The position numbers and the translations under genes were made by a program. 64,000 nt of DNA from an uncultured Phycisphaerales bacterium (lineage in GTDB: Bacteria; Planctomycetota; Phycisphaerae; Tepidisphaerales; Tepidisphaeraceae): the NCBI GenBank assembly GCA_963755915.1, contig CAVWLP010000002.1:1152001-1216000 (forward strand), in the 5' to 3' direction. This document shows, piece by piece, positions 31,219-41,599 of the stretch; position 1 is the first letter of the stretch; every line of letters starts with the position of its first letter. Below the pieces are notes generated by a model, which was not told where the DNA came from, did not search any database, and saw nothing but the letters and a program-made list of their open reading frames with translations.

Positions 31219-31796
31219 GCGGCCTTTTGCGACCGCTGGGGCGATTTGTTGCCATAGTTTCGGTGGTTTGTCTCTGTGCGTGCGCGGCTCGCCCACAGCC
31301 GCGCATGGTCCAACCGGTCTGGACCGTGACGCGATCCGGGCCTCTTAGCGGGCTGGCATTTGATCCCAATGTAAATGCGGTTTGCGCAGCGCCGGCGGGA
31401 TGGAAGAGCCAGCCGCTGGTCAGCGACGCCGACCATAACGACCAGGTATGGCTGAGCCCGACGGGGGCGACGGCCTATGGGGTTATTCATTTCGTCATGC
31501 CGTTTCCAGTTGGCGTGGACTTCGCGCTGTCGGCGTTTCTGGATCACATGCGAAAAGACAAGGGGGAGGCGACGCTGCTTTCGCGCAGCCACGATCCGAC
31601 TTTGCCGGGAATTCGGTTTGTGGCGGAGGACCAGACGCACGTGATTCATGCGAATTTGTTTGTGGCGGGATGGGAAGGGTGGGCCGTTTATGCGGGGACG
31701 CTGCGCAACGCGCCGATCAACCAGGAAGAACTTGACATCGCCCAGGTCGCGCGGGAAAATACGCGTGTCGGGCAACCGGAAAAGGTGGAAAATTAG
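31215..31796 (+). CDS. lipoprotein (hypothetical), paralog 1
   Basis: ATGA overlap with rpmE stop; LCAC lipobox-like; similar to next gene. Confidence 0.75.
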   Translation: MSGLLRPLGRFVAIVSVVCLCACAARPQPRMVQPVWTVTRSGPLSGLAFDPNVNAVCAAPAGWKSQPLVSDADHNDQVWLSPTGATAYGVIHFVMPFPVGVDFALSAFLDHMRKDKGEATLLSRSHDPTLPGIRFVAEDQTHVIHANLFVAGWEGWAVYAGTLRNAPINQEELDIAQVARENTRVGQPEKVEN

Positions 31797-31915
31797 TGCG
31801 TTCCGCCGTCTGGGTTTGAAGCGACAGTTTGGGCCAACCAACTCGAATTTGAAGTGAAGTAAGTTCCGCACGAAATCGCTCCGTGTGCCATTGCCGTTAG
31901 GCGTATGGAGAGCTT

Positions 31916-32488
31916 ATGCACGCCGGGTGTGGTCGTTGGATTCAATTGGGCATTTGGGTGGCCATCGCGGCGTTGTCGGGGTGCCAGATTCACACCGTCT
32001 CCCTGACCGCGCTGGAGGAGCATCAGTCCCTGATGAACCACAGCGGCCTTGCCCCGGTGCATGTGAATGACATATTGAAGGTGAGCTGCACGCCGCCGGA
32101 ATTTTGGGAACCGCTGGCGCTGACACAGAATGTTTTGTATGCGCATCAGCAGTGGCGCTCGCCTGACCATCACGTGGGGATGGGCGTGGCGTATATGCAC
32201 ACGCCTTTTACGTTCTCGCCGGAGATGATGATCTGGTTCGCGAAAATGCAGTACACCGCCTGCTCGGATGGTTCGGGGCGTCTGATCGCGCAATGGACTG
32301 ATGGGCTCGGTCGATGCTGGTTTGAAGCCCAGAACAATACCTATCACGTGCTGGGTTACGCGATGACCCGCGGGCTGGATGCATGGATGGTGTACAGCGG
32401 CTATCAAGTGAAGAAGAATCCGCCGCCGGGGGAGATTCGGCTGGCGGCGCGCGGCGCGGATACTGTGACGCCGCTGGGGGGCGAATGA
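31916..32488 (+). CDS. lipoprotein (hypothetical), paralog 2
   Basis: GGAG RBS; ALSGC lipobox; shares C..P..W..L, W.SP, W.VY.G motifs with 31215-31796. Confidence 0.78.
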   Translation: MHAGCGRWIQLGIWVAIAALSGCQIHTVSLTALEEHQSLMNHSGLAPVHVNDILKVSCTPPEFWEPLALTQNVLYAHQQWRSPDHHVGMGVAYMHTPFTFSPEMMIWFAKMQYTACSDGSGRLIAQWTDGLGRCWFEAQNNTYHVLGYAMTRGLDAWMVYSGYQVKKNPPPGEIRLAARGADTVTPLGGE

Positions 32489-32521
32489 TTTTTTGTGCGC
32501 GGGGCATTGGGTACAAAAGGT

Positions 32522-34009
32522 TAATCCCGTTCGGCACGGGGTTCGCGCAAGCAGCAAGATATTGAGATTGCGCCTTTGATCTTTTTATGGCATGCTGCCG
32601 GACGTGCAGGCAAGACTGAAGGAAAAAGAGATCCTGTGCCTCGGACATCTGCGGCGCGTCTTCGCGCTGCTGCCCACGCTGCGGGATGTGGGCTGTGAGC
32701 GGGATCGAGCCGGGAACCGCCAGCTTCACTTCGACGATTATTGCAAGCTGGTTTTGCTTTACACCTGGAATCCGCTGATCCAATCCCTGCGGGATCTTCA
32801 GGAGGTTGCTGAACTGCCCAAGGTGGCCAAGGCGCTGGGAATTAAGCGTTTTTCCGTGGGCAGTTTCTCTGAATCGGTTCGGGTGTTCGAGCCGGGGCGT
32901 TTGACGCCGCTGATTGAGGAATTGGCGGGGGAACTGCCCCAGGCGCCCGATCCGCGTCTTGCGGACTTTGGGCAGGCGATCACGCTGGTCGACGGGACGG
33001 TGCTGACGGCGCTGAGTCGGCTGGCCAAATCCGCTTGCGGCATCGATGCGCACTACAACACCTCCCGGGACGGGAAAGCGGTCTATGGCTGGCGTTTGCA
33101 CGTTCAATTCGATCTGGAGACGTTCAAAGTCCATCGCCTCGACCGCACTGGCGCTCGCAACGCGGGGGCCAACCGTGAAAACAACGTCCTGCGGCGCAGC
33201 CTGGAAGCAGGACGGTGCTATGTAGGAGACGGCGGCTACGCCGACCGGAGCCTCTTTGCGGACATCGCCGCGGCGCAAAGCTCCTTTGTGATGCGGGCCG
33301 CGGAAAACTCGGTGTTTGAGCTGTTTGAAGAACGATTGCTTTCACAGGAAGCATTGGACGGCGGCGTGGTGCGAGACGCGCTGGTGAAACTCGACGGCCT
33401 GGAGACGGCGGCGGATAGGGTGGTGCGACGGGTGGAAGTGCAGGTGAAACCCCATCCGCGCCGCACGCGCAGCGGCAACAAGCCGACGGACCTGATCATC
33501 CTGTACACGAACCTGCTGGACCTGCCGGCGGAATTGATCGCCCTGATTTATCTGTACCGCTACACCGTTGAGTTGTTCTTCCGGATCTTCAAGCAACTGC
33601 TGGGCATGCGTCACCTGCTGAGCCAACGCCAGGAGGGGATCGACATCCAAATCCACTGCGCTGATCGTCTGCGTGCTGATTCAGCTGATCAGCGGCAGGA
33701 AGCCGAACAAGGCGATGCGGAACATGATCGGCTGGTATCTGCTGGGGCTGGCCGAGGAACAGGACGTGCTTCGATTCCTGAACAAGCCGGATAACACCGG
33801 GATTAAGCTGAGGGCAAGAGCGGAGGCCTTGAAAAAACTGGGAGTAAACTGAAGGGGAATCCGTCGCCGCGGAGACCTCGCGGTTGATGCTGCGCTCTTG
33901 CGGACGCCGGCGTGCAGCAGGGGAAAGTAAAAGTATCTAAGCTTCAATTGTTTCGCGTCCTCCACAGCTTTGGAATGCTCCGATGAAGCCTGCGTGCCGA
34001 ACGGGATTA
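32522..34009 (+). mobile_element. IS4-family insertion sequence, 1488 bp
   Basis: Perfect 17-bp terminal IRs TAATCCCGTTCGGCACG (32522-32538) / CGTGCCGAACGGGATTA (33993-34009); 9-bp direct repeat ACAAAAGGT at 32513-32521 and 34010-34018. Confidence 0.95.
32592..33852 (+). CDS. IS4-family DDE transposase, frameshifted near 33660
   Basis: LVDGT, YVGDGGY, YLYRYTVELFFRIFKQ (YREK motif); tail LIVCVLIQLISGRKP...KKLGVN* in another frame. Confidence 0.92.
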
Positions 34010-34229
34010 ACAAAAGGTAACAGTCCGCGATAATCTGGGTTGTTTGAGGGATTTAGGAAGGTTTTTCTCAATTATTGTCATAATTCGTCCTGGTTTGGTT
34101 GTTTTATAGAATCTCAGTTGCAGCAACCCGGCGCGGACGACCAAGCGAGTGGGGCTGTGACACTTGAAGCGGCCGGAATTATTCCCCCCCCTTCCCGGAT
34201 ACTTCGATTTTATTTGGCGCATGCTTCGC

Positions 34230-34267
34230 TTGAGTTGTGCCGATGTATTGGATACATTTTGTATCCA
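34230..34267 (+). promoter_or_regulatory. higBA promoter with palindromic operator ending on the start codon
   Basis: TTGAGT(34230)-17-TACATT(34253); perfect TGGATACA-TTT-TGTATCCA at 34249-34267. Confidence 0.7.
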
Positions 34268-34575
34268 TGCGGCTGATTAAACCGCTGACGATCAAGGAGT
34301 ACTACACCAAGCATAGAGACGCGGAGGAATGGCTGAAGGCGTGGATTGTCACTGCCAAGGCAGCAAAATGGGAAAACGTCAACGACGTTCGCAAGGCGTA
34401 CCCGAAGACGACAACGGCACTGGGCGACAGCGGCAGCACCGTGACGATCTTCAAAGTCAAAGGCAACAACTATAGGTTCATGGTGGCAATCCACTACAAC
34501 ACGCAACGGATTTACGTGCGCGACTTCATGACCCACGAGCAGTACAACAGCCAGACATGGAAGAAAAGACATTGA
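34267..34575 (+). CDS. higB: HigB-family toxin
   Basis: MRLIK...LKAW...AKWEN..DV..., IFKVKGNNYRF, FMTHEQYN. Confidence 0.9.
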   Translation: MRLIKPLTIKEYYTKHRDAEEWLKAWIVTAKAAKWENVNDVRKAYPKTTTALGDSGSTVTIFKVKGNNYRFMVAIHYNTQRIYVRDFMTHEQYNSQTWKKRH

Positions 34576-34598
34576 AGGCTTAAGACTGGGAGACCGTC

Positions 34599-35033
34599 AT
34601 GGCAGTCAAGATAAGCAACAAGATCATTCGGAATCAATTCCTGGAACTGGTCCAGAAGTTTCCCCTGAAGCCGATCCGCACGAAACAGCAGTTGGAAGCC
34701 GCGCACGAAGTCATCGACGAACTGACCCGCATCCCTGAGGACAAGTTGTCCAGCGACCAGTCCGATTATCTGGAAGTGCTTGGAGATTTGACGCTTGCGT
34801 ACGAGCAGAAGCAGATGGAGCAGGAGACGGCCGAGGTCGACGGTCATAAGCTGCTTCTGCACCTGATGGAAGAGCACGATATGAACGCCTCGGCGCTGGG
34901 CAAGCTGCTCGGTCATCGCGAGTTGGGGTCGAAGATCGTGCGCGGCGAACGCGAGATTAGCAAGGCCAATGCAAAGCTGCTTGGAGAACATTTCGGGCTG
35001 CCGGCCGAGATTTTCTTGCGCTCGGCATCCTGA
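34599..35033 (+). CDS. higA: HigA-family antitoxin (HTH)
   Basis: PLKPIRT, YLEVLGDLTLAYE, LLHLMEEHDM, SKIVRGEREISKANAKLLGEHF. Confidence 0.9.
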   Translation: MAVKISNKIIRNQFLELVQKFPLKPIRTKQQLEAAHEVIDELTRIPEDKLSSDQSDYLEVLGDLTLAYEQKQMEQETAEVDGHKLLLHLMEEHDMNASALGKLLGHRELGSKIVRGEREISKANAKLLGEHFGLPAEIFLRSAS

Positions 35034-35130
35034 TGGCGAACTTATTTTTGCGACCTGCTTTCGCCTGCCGACTTTGCGCCTTCCTTTCGTTCGTCAACTC
35101 TTGCCGTGCGAATTAAGATGCAGTGACCAG

Positions 35131-36257
35131 ATGCGCAGGCTTTTGCTTATTGCGATGCCGCTTGGACTCTGGCTCAATTGCGTTTCAGCTCAGACGACTC
35201 AGCCTGGGGAGAACGCGGCGGTGATCTACGTGCAAGCGGCTGGCATCGTTGAGAAAAACAACGACGCGGGGATCTATCCACCGTCCTCATCCAATCTCGT
35301 TTATGCCGGCTATCCCCCGTATCCCGGGGAATGGCATCGACTGGAAGAGGTGGACTTTCGGGCAAGCGCTGCGCGCGCAAACTGACGCATCAGGCCGCAC
35401 TGATCGGGCAAGCGGATTGGCAGGCGATCACTTCGCAAGCCAGGGCAAAGTGGTCAACGAGTCCGCTGCGGGGTTTGGCCGTCGACGGGGAGCTACTGAA
35501 TCCACTGCGGGGCTTGGCCAACGTACTGGCCGACGCGATGCTTTGGCAGCATGAGCAGAAAGATGACGTCGCGGCCATCGAAACCATGCAGGATTTATGG
35601 CGATTGGCCGCAGCCGTCCAAAGGATCGAGAATACGGGTTCATGCCTCCTGACCGGCCTTGCCATTCAAGACCTGGATCTCGAGCGACTTGAGGTTGTTA
35701 CATCGAGCCTCGCTTTGACCAAAGATCAGCATGACGCAAAATCGGTCCAGGCCACGACCGCCCGCGAACTGATTGGCGAATTGATGGATCACCCCGATCC
35801 GAAGACCGAGGGGGCGAATTTTAATCATGTTTATGGAGCTGCCATGAAAGGCGCGCCGGCGAGCCTGCCTGGTACCATCGTCGAAATCATTAACAGCGTC
35901 GATGCCGAGCGCGATTTAGCCGCGATGTCTTTAGCATGCCATCTTTACCGGTTCGAGACTGGCCAATGGCCGCGTTCTGCCGACGATATCGGAAAATATT
36001 TGCCACACATGCCGATCGACCCGTTCGGCGACGGAACGCAACCTTTGGGATATGTGCTGATCAAAGGAGGCTTGCCCGACGGTTCGGATCGACCGCTGGT
36101 TTACTCTCGCCACCGGATGAAGGGCGGACGCGCTTTCCGAGTCGATCGACCCGAGTATTCCGATTACGTCGGGGACGGCGGCCAATTTCGAGATGTTGCA
36201 AGTTGGTCGCCCCCAGAAACAAGTCATCTCTCCGCAACCACTCGACCGTTGAACTGA
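35131..36257 (+). CDS. secreted helical hypothetical protein, frameshifted near 35380
   Basis: Signal peptide, AQTTQPGENAAVIYVQAA; C-terminal SLACHLYRFETGQWP...PIDPF motif. Confidence 0.65.
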
Positions 36258-36319
36258 TTCGAAGTTGTTTCGTCTAATTGATGGTCCGAACGGTTCCGAA
36301 GCGTCGCATGGATTTACGC

Positions 36320-36361
36320 GCCCCTCACCCCCGCCCTCTCCCAGATTACTGGGAGAGGGGG
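36320..36361. repeat. BoxC/REP-like palindrome
   Basis: gcccctcacccccgccctctcccagattactgggagagggg. Confidence 0.8.
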
Positions 36362-36382
36362 TGGAAAGCAGGAAGCCAAGAA

Positions 36383-37403
36383 CTAATTCGCCTCGGGGTT
36401 TGGAGCTCCAATCGTCGGCCGCTCCTCCGGCGTAATCAGCAGCGCCAGCTTATCCCGTCCGCGCAGGACCACGATCTCTTCCGGTTTGCCGGTGCGCTCT
36501 TCCGTCAACAGCTTGTACAGCTCATCCATACGCTCGACGGGCGTCTGCGCGAATTCGACGATGATATCGCCGTCGCGCAGTCCCGCGCGGGCGGCGGGGC
36601 TGCCGGGCTCGACCTGGATGACCATCACGCCTCCGTCGGTGGCGAGGTGGTGGAAGCGGACGACCCGCCGCTGCAGGGGGATGTCCTGCCCGCCGAGGCC
36701 GACGTAGCTGCGTTTGACGCGGCCGAAGCGGAGAAGCTGGGCGGCGACGAAGACGGCGGTGTTACTGGGGATGGCGAAACAGAGGCCCTGTGCGGGGCGG
36801 ACGATGGCGGTGTTGACGCCGACGACTTCGCCGCGGCCGTTGACCAGCGGTCCGCCGCTGTTGCCGGGGTTCAGGGCGGCATCCGTCTGGATGACGTTGT
36901 CGACGAGGCGTCCGCCTGCCGAGCGGAAGCTTCGCGGTGGCGCTGACGACGCCGGCGGTGACGGTGTATTGGAAGCCGTACGGGTTCCCGATGGCGATGA
37001 CAAGTTGCCCGACGCGCAGGGCGGAGGAATCGCCGAGCGTGGCGGTGGGGAGGTTCGGGCCGTCGACGCGGATGATGGCCAGGTCGGTATCCGGGTCTTC
37101 CCCAACAAGCTGGGCGGAGAACCGCCGGCCGTCCGGCAGGGCGGCCTCGATCTCGCTGGCGCCATGGACGACGTGGCTGTTGGTGAGGACGAAGCCGTCG
37201 GGGGTGAAGACGAATCCCGACCCGCTGCCGCCGGCGTGGGGCCCGCGCTGGGAGGGGTGGTGGACCTCGATATTGACCACCGCCGGGCTGGCCAGGCGGG
37301 CGGCTTCCATCACAGTGCGGGAATAGGCGTCAAGAGCGGACTCCTCCGCGGCCGGATCGTCCCGGGTTTCGGCTGCTGAATCATTTGGGGTTGTTTCAGT
37401 CAT
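36383..37403 (-). CDS. HtrA/DegP-like serine protease with PDZ domain, frameshifted near 36933
   Basis: [51 protein letters not shown]. Confidence 0.92.
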
Positions 37404-37484
37404 GTTCGATCCTAGGAAGTTGATTTAAAAAAGTAAAATACGGTCGATTTGAATACCAGGTATCTTTTATATATCATTACGGTG

Positions 37485-37802
37485 ATGTCCAAACCTTTGT
37501 TCCAATGCCCCGCCCAGCGAACGCTGGTGGTGATCGGGGGAAGGTGGAAAATTCCGATCCTATATTACCTGAGGGCGAGAACGTGCCGTTTTTCGGAGCT
37601 TCGGCGGCTTTTATCGCCGGTGACGCCGAAGATGCTGGCCCAGCAGCTTCGGGAGCTGGAGGGGGATGGGATGGTGAAGAGGAAGGTGTTTGCCGAGATT
37701 CCGCCGAAGGTGGAGTATTCGCTGACGGCAATGGGGCGGAGCGTGGGGCCGATCATCGGGGAGATGTGCAGGTGGAGCGGGAAGTGCGGCAGGGGGAGAT
37801 GA
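37485..37802 (+). CDS. HxlR-family winged-helix regulator
   Basis: CPAQRTLVVIGGRWKIPIL, RFSEL, LAQQLRELE, PPKVEYSLT. Confidence 0.92.
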   Translation: MSKPLFQCPAQRTLVVIGGRWKIPILYYLRARTCRFSELRRLLSPVTPKMLAQQLRELEGDGMVKRKVFAEIPPKVEYSLTAMGRSVGPIIGEMCRWSGKCGRGR

Positions 37803-37889
37803 GATTGCCAAATGCCAAATGCCAAATCGATATGTAGGGGAAAAACTTATGGGGAGCGGGTGCCGAGTTTTCCCTTGAAATTGTTTCAG

Positions 37890-37930
37890 GCCCTCACCCC
37901 TGCCCTCTCCCTGGGTACAGGGAGAGGGGG
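37890..37930. repeat. BoxC/REP-like palindrome
   Basis: gccctcacccctgccctctccctgggtacagggagagggg. Confidence 0.8.
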
Positions 37931-37951
37931 AAATGCGGGGAAAAAATGGAT

Positions 37952-39346
37952 CTAAATTTGCCGCGCCGCGCCGTTGGCGGCTAGGGCCGCCTCGCGGAGG
38001 GCTTCGGGCATGGTGGGGTGGGCGTGGAACGCGTGACCGATGTCTGAAACGCAGGCGGCGAATTCCATGGCGATCACCGCTTCGGCGATCATGTCGCTTG
38101 CCCCGGCGCCAAGAATATGAACGCCCAGGAGCCGATCGGTTTTCGCGTCGCCGATCACTTTTACGAACCCGTCGGTTTCGTCCATGCCCCGGGCGCGGCC
38201 GTTGGCGGTGAAGGGGAATTTTCCGATCTTGATCGGCCCCTTGGCGGAGGCTTCTTCCTGCGTGAGTCCCACGGCCGCGAGCTCGGGATGCGTGTAAACG
38301 ATTGCGGGGCAGGCGCGATAGTTCACGTGACCCGGTTTGCCGGCCATAATTTCAACAGCCCCGACGCCTTCTTCCTCGGCCTTGTGGGCCAGCATGATGC
38401 CGCCGATGACATCGCCGATGGCGTATATCCCGGGGACGCTGGTCGCAAATTTGGCGTCGACAACCACAAACCCCCGCTTGTCGATGGCCACGCCGGCTTC
38501 GGTTAAACCCAATCCATTGGTCACCGGCCGGCGGCCGATGCAGACCAGAACTTTATCGACTTCTTCTTCGCCGGTTTCGGTGCCGCTGTGAAAGCCCACG
38601 TGCAGCCGTGCCCCGGAAATCTTGACGGAATCTGCCGAGGTGTTGAAGCGGAATTTGATCCCCTGTTTTTCCAGAAGTCTTTGCAGCGCCGTCGCCATTT
38701 CGCGGTCCGACGTTGGGAGGATGCCGGGCAGAAATTCGAGCATGATCACTTCCGAGCCGAGCCGGCTCCAGACGCTGCCCATTTCAACGCCGATGTATCC
38801 GGCGCCGACGATGATCATTTTCTCGGGAACTTCGGGGAGGGAGAGTGCCTCGGTGGAGGAGAGGATATTTTTCCCGCCGAAGGGGAGGGCGGGGAGTTCA
38901 ATCGGCGCGCTGCCGGTGGCGATGAGGATATTTTTGGTTTTGTAGGTGGCGGTCGCGTCGGCGGATTTCACTTCGACGACCCCGGGTCCTAGGATTTTTC
39001 CCTGGCCGACGAGATGATCGATCTTGTTTTTGCGGAAGAGATATCCGACGCCGGTCGTCATTTTTTTCACGACGTCGTCTTTAAAGGCCATTAAGGTTGG
39101 CAGCTCCACCTTGGTATCCGGCGCGAGGATCCCCCGGCGGGGGAGGTGATGCTTGATGTCGTAATATTTGTGCGAGGCGTCGAGCAGTGCCTTGGAGGGA
39201 ATGCAGCCGATGTTCAGGCACGTTCCGCCAAGGAACTCGCGTTCGACGCAGGCGGTTTTCAGTCCGAGTTGTGCGGCACGGATGGCGGCGGTGTATCCGC
39301 CGGGGCCGGCGCCGATGACGATGAGATCGTAATTTTCCTGGGCCAT
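37952..39346 (-). CDS. lpdA: dihydrolipoyl dehydrogenase
   Basis: GAGPGGY, GGTCLNIGCIPSKAL, LAHKAEEEG, HAHPTMPE. Confidence 0.97.
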   Translation of the reverse strand: MAQENYDLIVIGAGPGGYTAAIRAAQLGLKTACVEREFLGGTCLNIGCIPSKALLDASHKYYDIKHHLPRRGILAPDTKVELPTLMAFKDDVVKKMTTGVGYLFRKNKIDHLVGQGKILGPGVVEVKSADATATYKTKNILIATGSAPIELPALPFGGKNILSSTEALSLPEVPEKMIIVGAGYIGVEMGSVWSRLGSEVIMLEFLPGILPTSDREMATALQRLLEKQGIKFRFNTSADSVKISGARLHVGFHSGTETGEEEVDKVLVCIGRRPVTNGLGLTEAGVAIDKRGFVVVDAKFATSVPGIYAIGDVIGGIMLAHKAEEEGVGAVEIMAGKPGHVNYRACPAIVYTHPELAAVGLTQEEASAKGPIKIGKFPFTANGRARGMDETDGFVKVIGDAKTDRLLGVHILGAGASDMIAEAVIAMEFAACVSDIGHAFHAHPTMPEALREAALAANGAARQI

Positions 39347-39433
39347 AGTCGGGGAATCTTAGGTTCTGTTTTGGTGCGCCGCCACTTGCGGGGAGTGTGA
39401 TGCCTACATAGTTTGTTATGCTAAAGGGCGGGC

Positions 39434-40283
39434 ATGAGCACAACACCATCGATTCGATTTAAACGTGGCGGCAGGTTCACACCAGGGCGGATCATCATTT
39501 TTATCCTGATAGTAGGAGGTCTGCTGGCCTGGCAGGGGAGCGAGAAATTTCCCACGCCGCCGGCCTCGGGGACGACGCTAAACGGGGCGGTTCCAACCAG
39601 CAGGCCTTCGGGGGATATTCTTCGCGTCGCGACGTTCAACATCAACGGCAGTTCGGACGACGGCATTGCCGACACGTTGCGCGGGCCCGATGGGAAGGGG
39701 TTCGATCTCATCGGCCTTCAGGAAGTGCATGGGGACATGCCGTTTTCAAGCGCGAATGGGGCGCAGATTCTGGGGCAGAAGCTGAATATGCCCTGGCTCT
39801 TCGCGCCGGTCGAGAGGCAATGGTGGCACGATGCGTTCGGCGACGGCGTGTTGACGACGCTGGCGGTGGACCACTGGCAAAGATTTCCGCTGGCCAATGA
39901 ATCGTCTGACAGTAACCGCGAAGTAACAATTCTTCATCTTGAATTCGACGGCAAGCCGCTGAACTTCATGAACAACCACCTGGCGACGCACGGCGACCGG
40001 GAAGATGAATTGGCAACGGTGGCGTCGCTGTTTCTGTCGATGGAGGAGCCGGTGGTGATGATCGGGGATTTCAATTCGAAGAACGATTCGCCGACGATCC
40101 AGATACTGCGGAGTACGCCGGGGGTGATTGACCCGATCGGGGATAACGTGATCGCCAAGGGGGGGAGAGCTGGGACCGGATTTTGCGCGGGGGATGAAGG
40201 CGGTGGACAGCGGGTTTATTGATAAGGGGGCGTCGGATCATCCGATGGCGTGGGCGTATTTGGAGTTGGGGACGGAAAAGTGA
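39434..40283 (+). CDS. endonuclease/exonuclease/phosphatase family protein, frameshifted near 40165
   Basis: RVATFNI, DLIGLQEV, NNHL, IGDFNS; SDHPMAWA motif in shifted frame ending TGA 40281-40283. Confidence 0.88.
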
Positions 40284-40310
40284 CCTTTGTCATGTTATAA
40301 TACCGTGGCA

Positions 40311-40955
40311 ATGACTGCGAATGCTCCAATGTTGAATGGCGCTATCGCCGAGAACTTAGCTGCCGAGCCGGCTTGGGATATCGCCACGCTCTTCCCGAAT
40401 CAAGGCGACTTGGGTGAGGGGGATTATTTGTCTCTAACTCAACATACGAATCGGCTGGCAGAATTCACAGATGGCCGAATCGAGGTGCTGAAAATGCCAA
40501 CAGTTGAGCACCAGAAGATTGTGTTGTACCTGATCAAACTGCTTGAATCGTTCGTTTTGTCGCGGGGCCTTGGCGATGCGATCATGGCGCCTGTACGAGT
40601 CAGGTTGCGGGAGCGGAAATTCCGCGAGCCGGACGTGATGTTCATGCTACAGCAGAATCTTGCACGAGCCGGGAACGAGTTTTGGGATGGAGCAGACCTG
40701 GTGATGGAAGTGGTGAGCGAAGACGATCCAAAACGGGATTTGGAAGTCAAGCGTGTGGATTATGCGGAGGCGGGTATTCCCGAATATTGGATCGTCGATC
40801 CCAGGAGCAAGACAATCACGGTTTTAAGGCTTGAGGGGAAGCAATACGTCACGCATGCGCAGGTGGTCAACGCCGGCAGCCTGGAATCGGCGCTGCTGCC
40901 GGGATTGACGGTCGACGTTGCCAGCGTTTTCGCGGCTGGGCAGCGACGGCAATAG
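40311..40955 (+). CDS. Uma2/DUF820 family PD-(D/E)xK protein
   Basis: EFTDGRI, PTVEHQ, REPDVMF, ADLVMEVVS, KRVDYAEAGIPEYWIVDP. Confidence 0.92.
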   Translation: MTANAPMLNGAIAENLAAEPAWDIATLFPNQGDLGEGDYLSLTQHTNRLAEFTDGRIEVLKMPTVEHQKIVLYLIKLLESFVLSRGLGDAIMAPVRVRLRERKFREPDVMFMLQQNLARAGNEFWDGADLVMEVVSEDDPKRDLEVKRVDYAEAGIPEYWIVDPRSKTITVLRLEGKQYVTHAQVVNAGSLESALLPGLTVDVASVFAAGQRRQ

Positions 40956-41124
40956 CAGGCTCGGTTCATCTCGAGCCACGCGCCTCACAAATTTCTCTCC
41001 CGGCTCGTCGAAGTTCACCCATTGGCCAGAGCTTTTTAAACCCGGCCCGATGATATTCGCTTCGCGGATTCTGTCGGCAGGAAGATCTTGCGGCAGCCAT
41101 TTCATCTCGCGATCCCGATTTTTC

Positions 41125-41174
41125 TTGACAGATCAGACGCCACGTCTTACCCTTAGTTCAGACAAGATGTCTGA
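41125..41174 (+). promoter_or_regulatory. blaI-like promoter with two operator palindromes
   Basis: TTGACA(41125)-17-TACCCT(41148); TCAGAC-N5-GTCTTA (41133-41149) and TCAGAC-N5-GTCTGA (41158-41174). Confidence 0.75.
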
Positions 41175-41182
41175 GGCTGCCC

Positions 41183-41584
41183 ATGGCGCGAATTGAAAAT
41201 GACGTAACCGATGCCGAGCTGGGAATCATGCAACGGCTCTGGGAACGCCCGGATGCGGCGATTCGGGAGCTGGCGGACGCCCTCTATCCTGGTTGGAAGA
41301 CTTCGGAATATTCAACCGTCCAGAAACTGCTGGAACGCCTCGAACGCAAGGGATTCGTGCGGCGCAAGGCCGATGCCATGCCCCACCGGTTCCGGGCGGT
41401 TGTGGGGCGGGAAGAATTGATGGGCCGACGGCTGAAGGCGGTGGCCGACAAATTATGCGGCGGCTCGCTGACGCCCCTGCTGACGCATCTCATTCAACGT
41501 CAAAGGCTCTCGGCCAAAGAAATCGAATCGCTGCGGGAGTTGATCGGTCGCGGCGGAAAGCCTCCTGCAAAGCGCAAGGGGTGA
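41183..41584 (+). CDS. BlaI/MecI/CopY family repressor
   Basis: TDAELGIMQRLW, YSTVQKLLERLERKGFV, CGGSLTPLLTHL, LSAKEIESLRELI. Confidence 0.92.
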   Translation: MARIENDVTDAELGIMQRLWERPDAAIRELADALYPGWKTSEYSTVQKLLERLERKGFVRRKADAMPHRFRAVVGREELMGRRLKAVADKLCGGSLTPLLTHLIQRQRLSAKEIESLRELIGRGGKPPAKRKG

Positions 41585-41599
41585 GAAAAGGAGCCGGGC

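Noticed and set aside
33640-33680. Programmed frameshift in the IS4 transposase
   Set aside because: No slippery heptamer; it looks like loss of a CG dinucleotide as in other genes, and IS4 transposases are normally single ORFs
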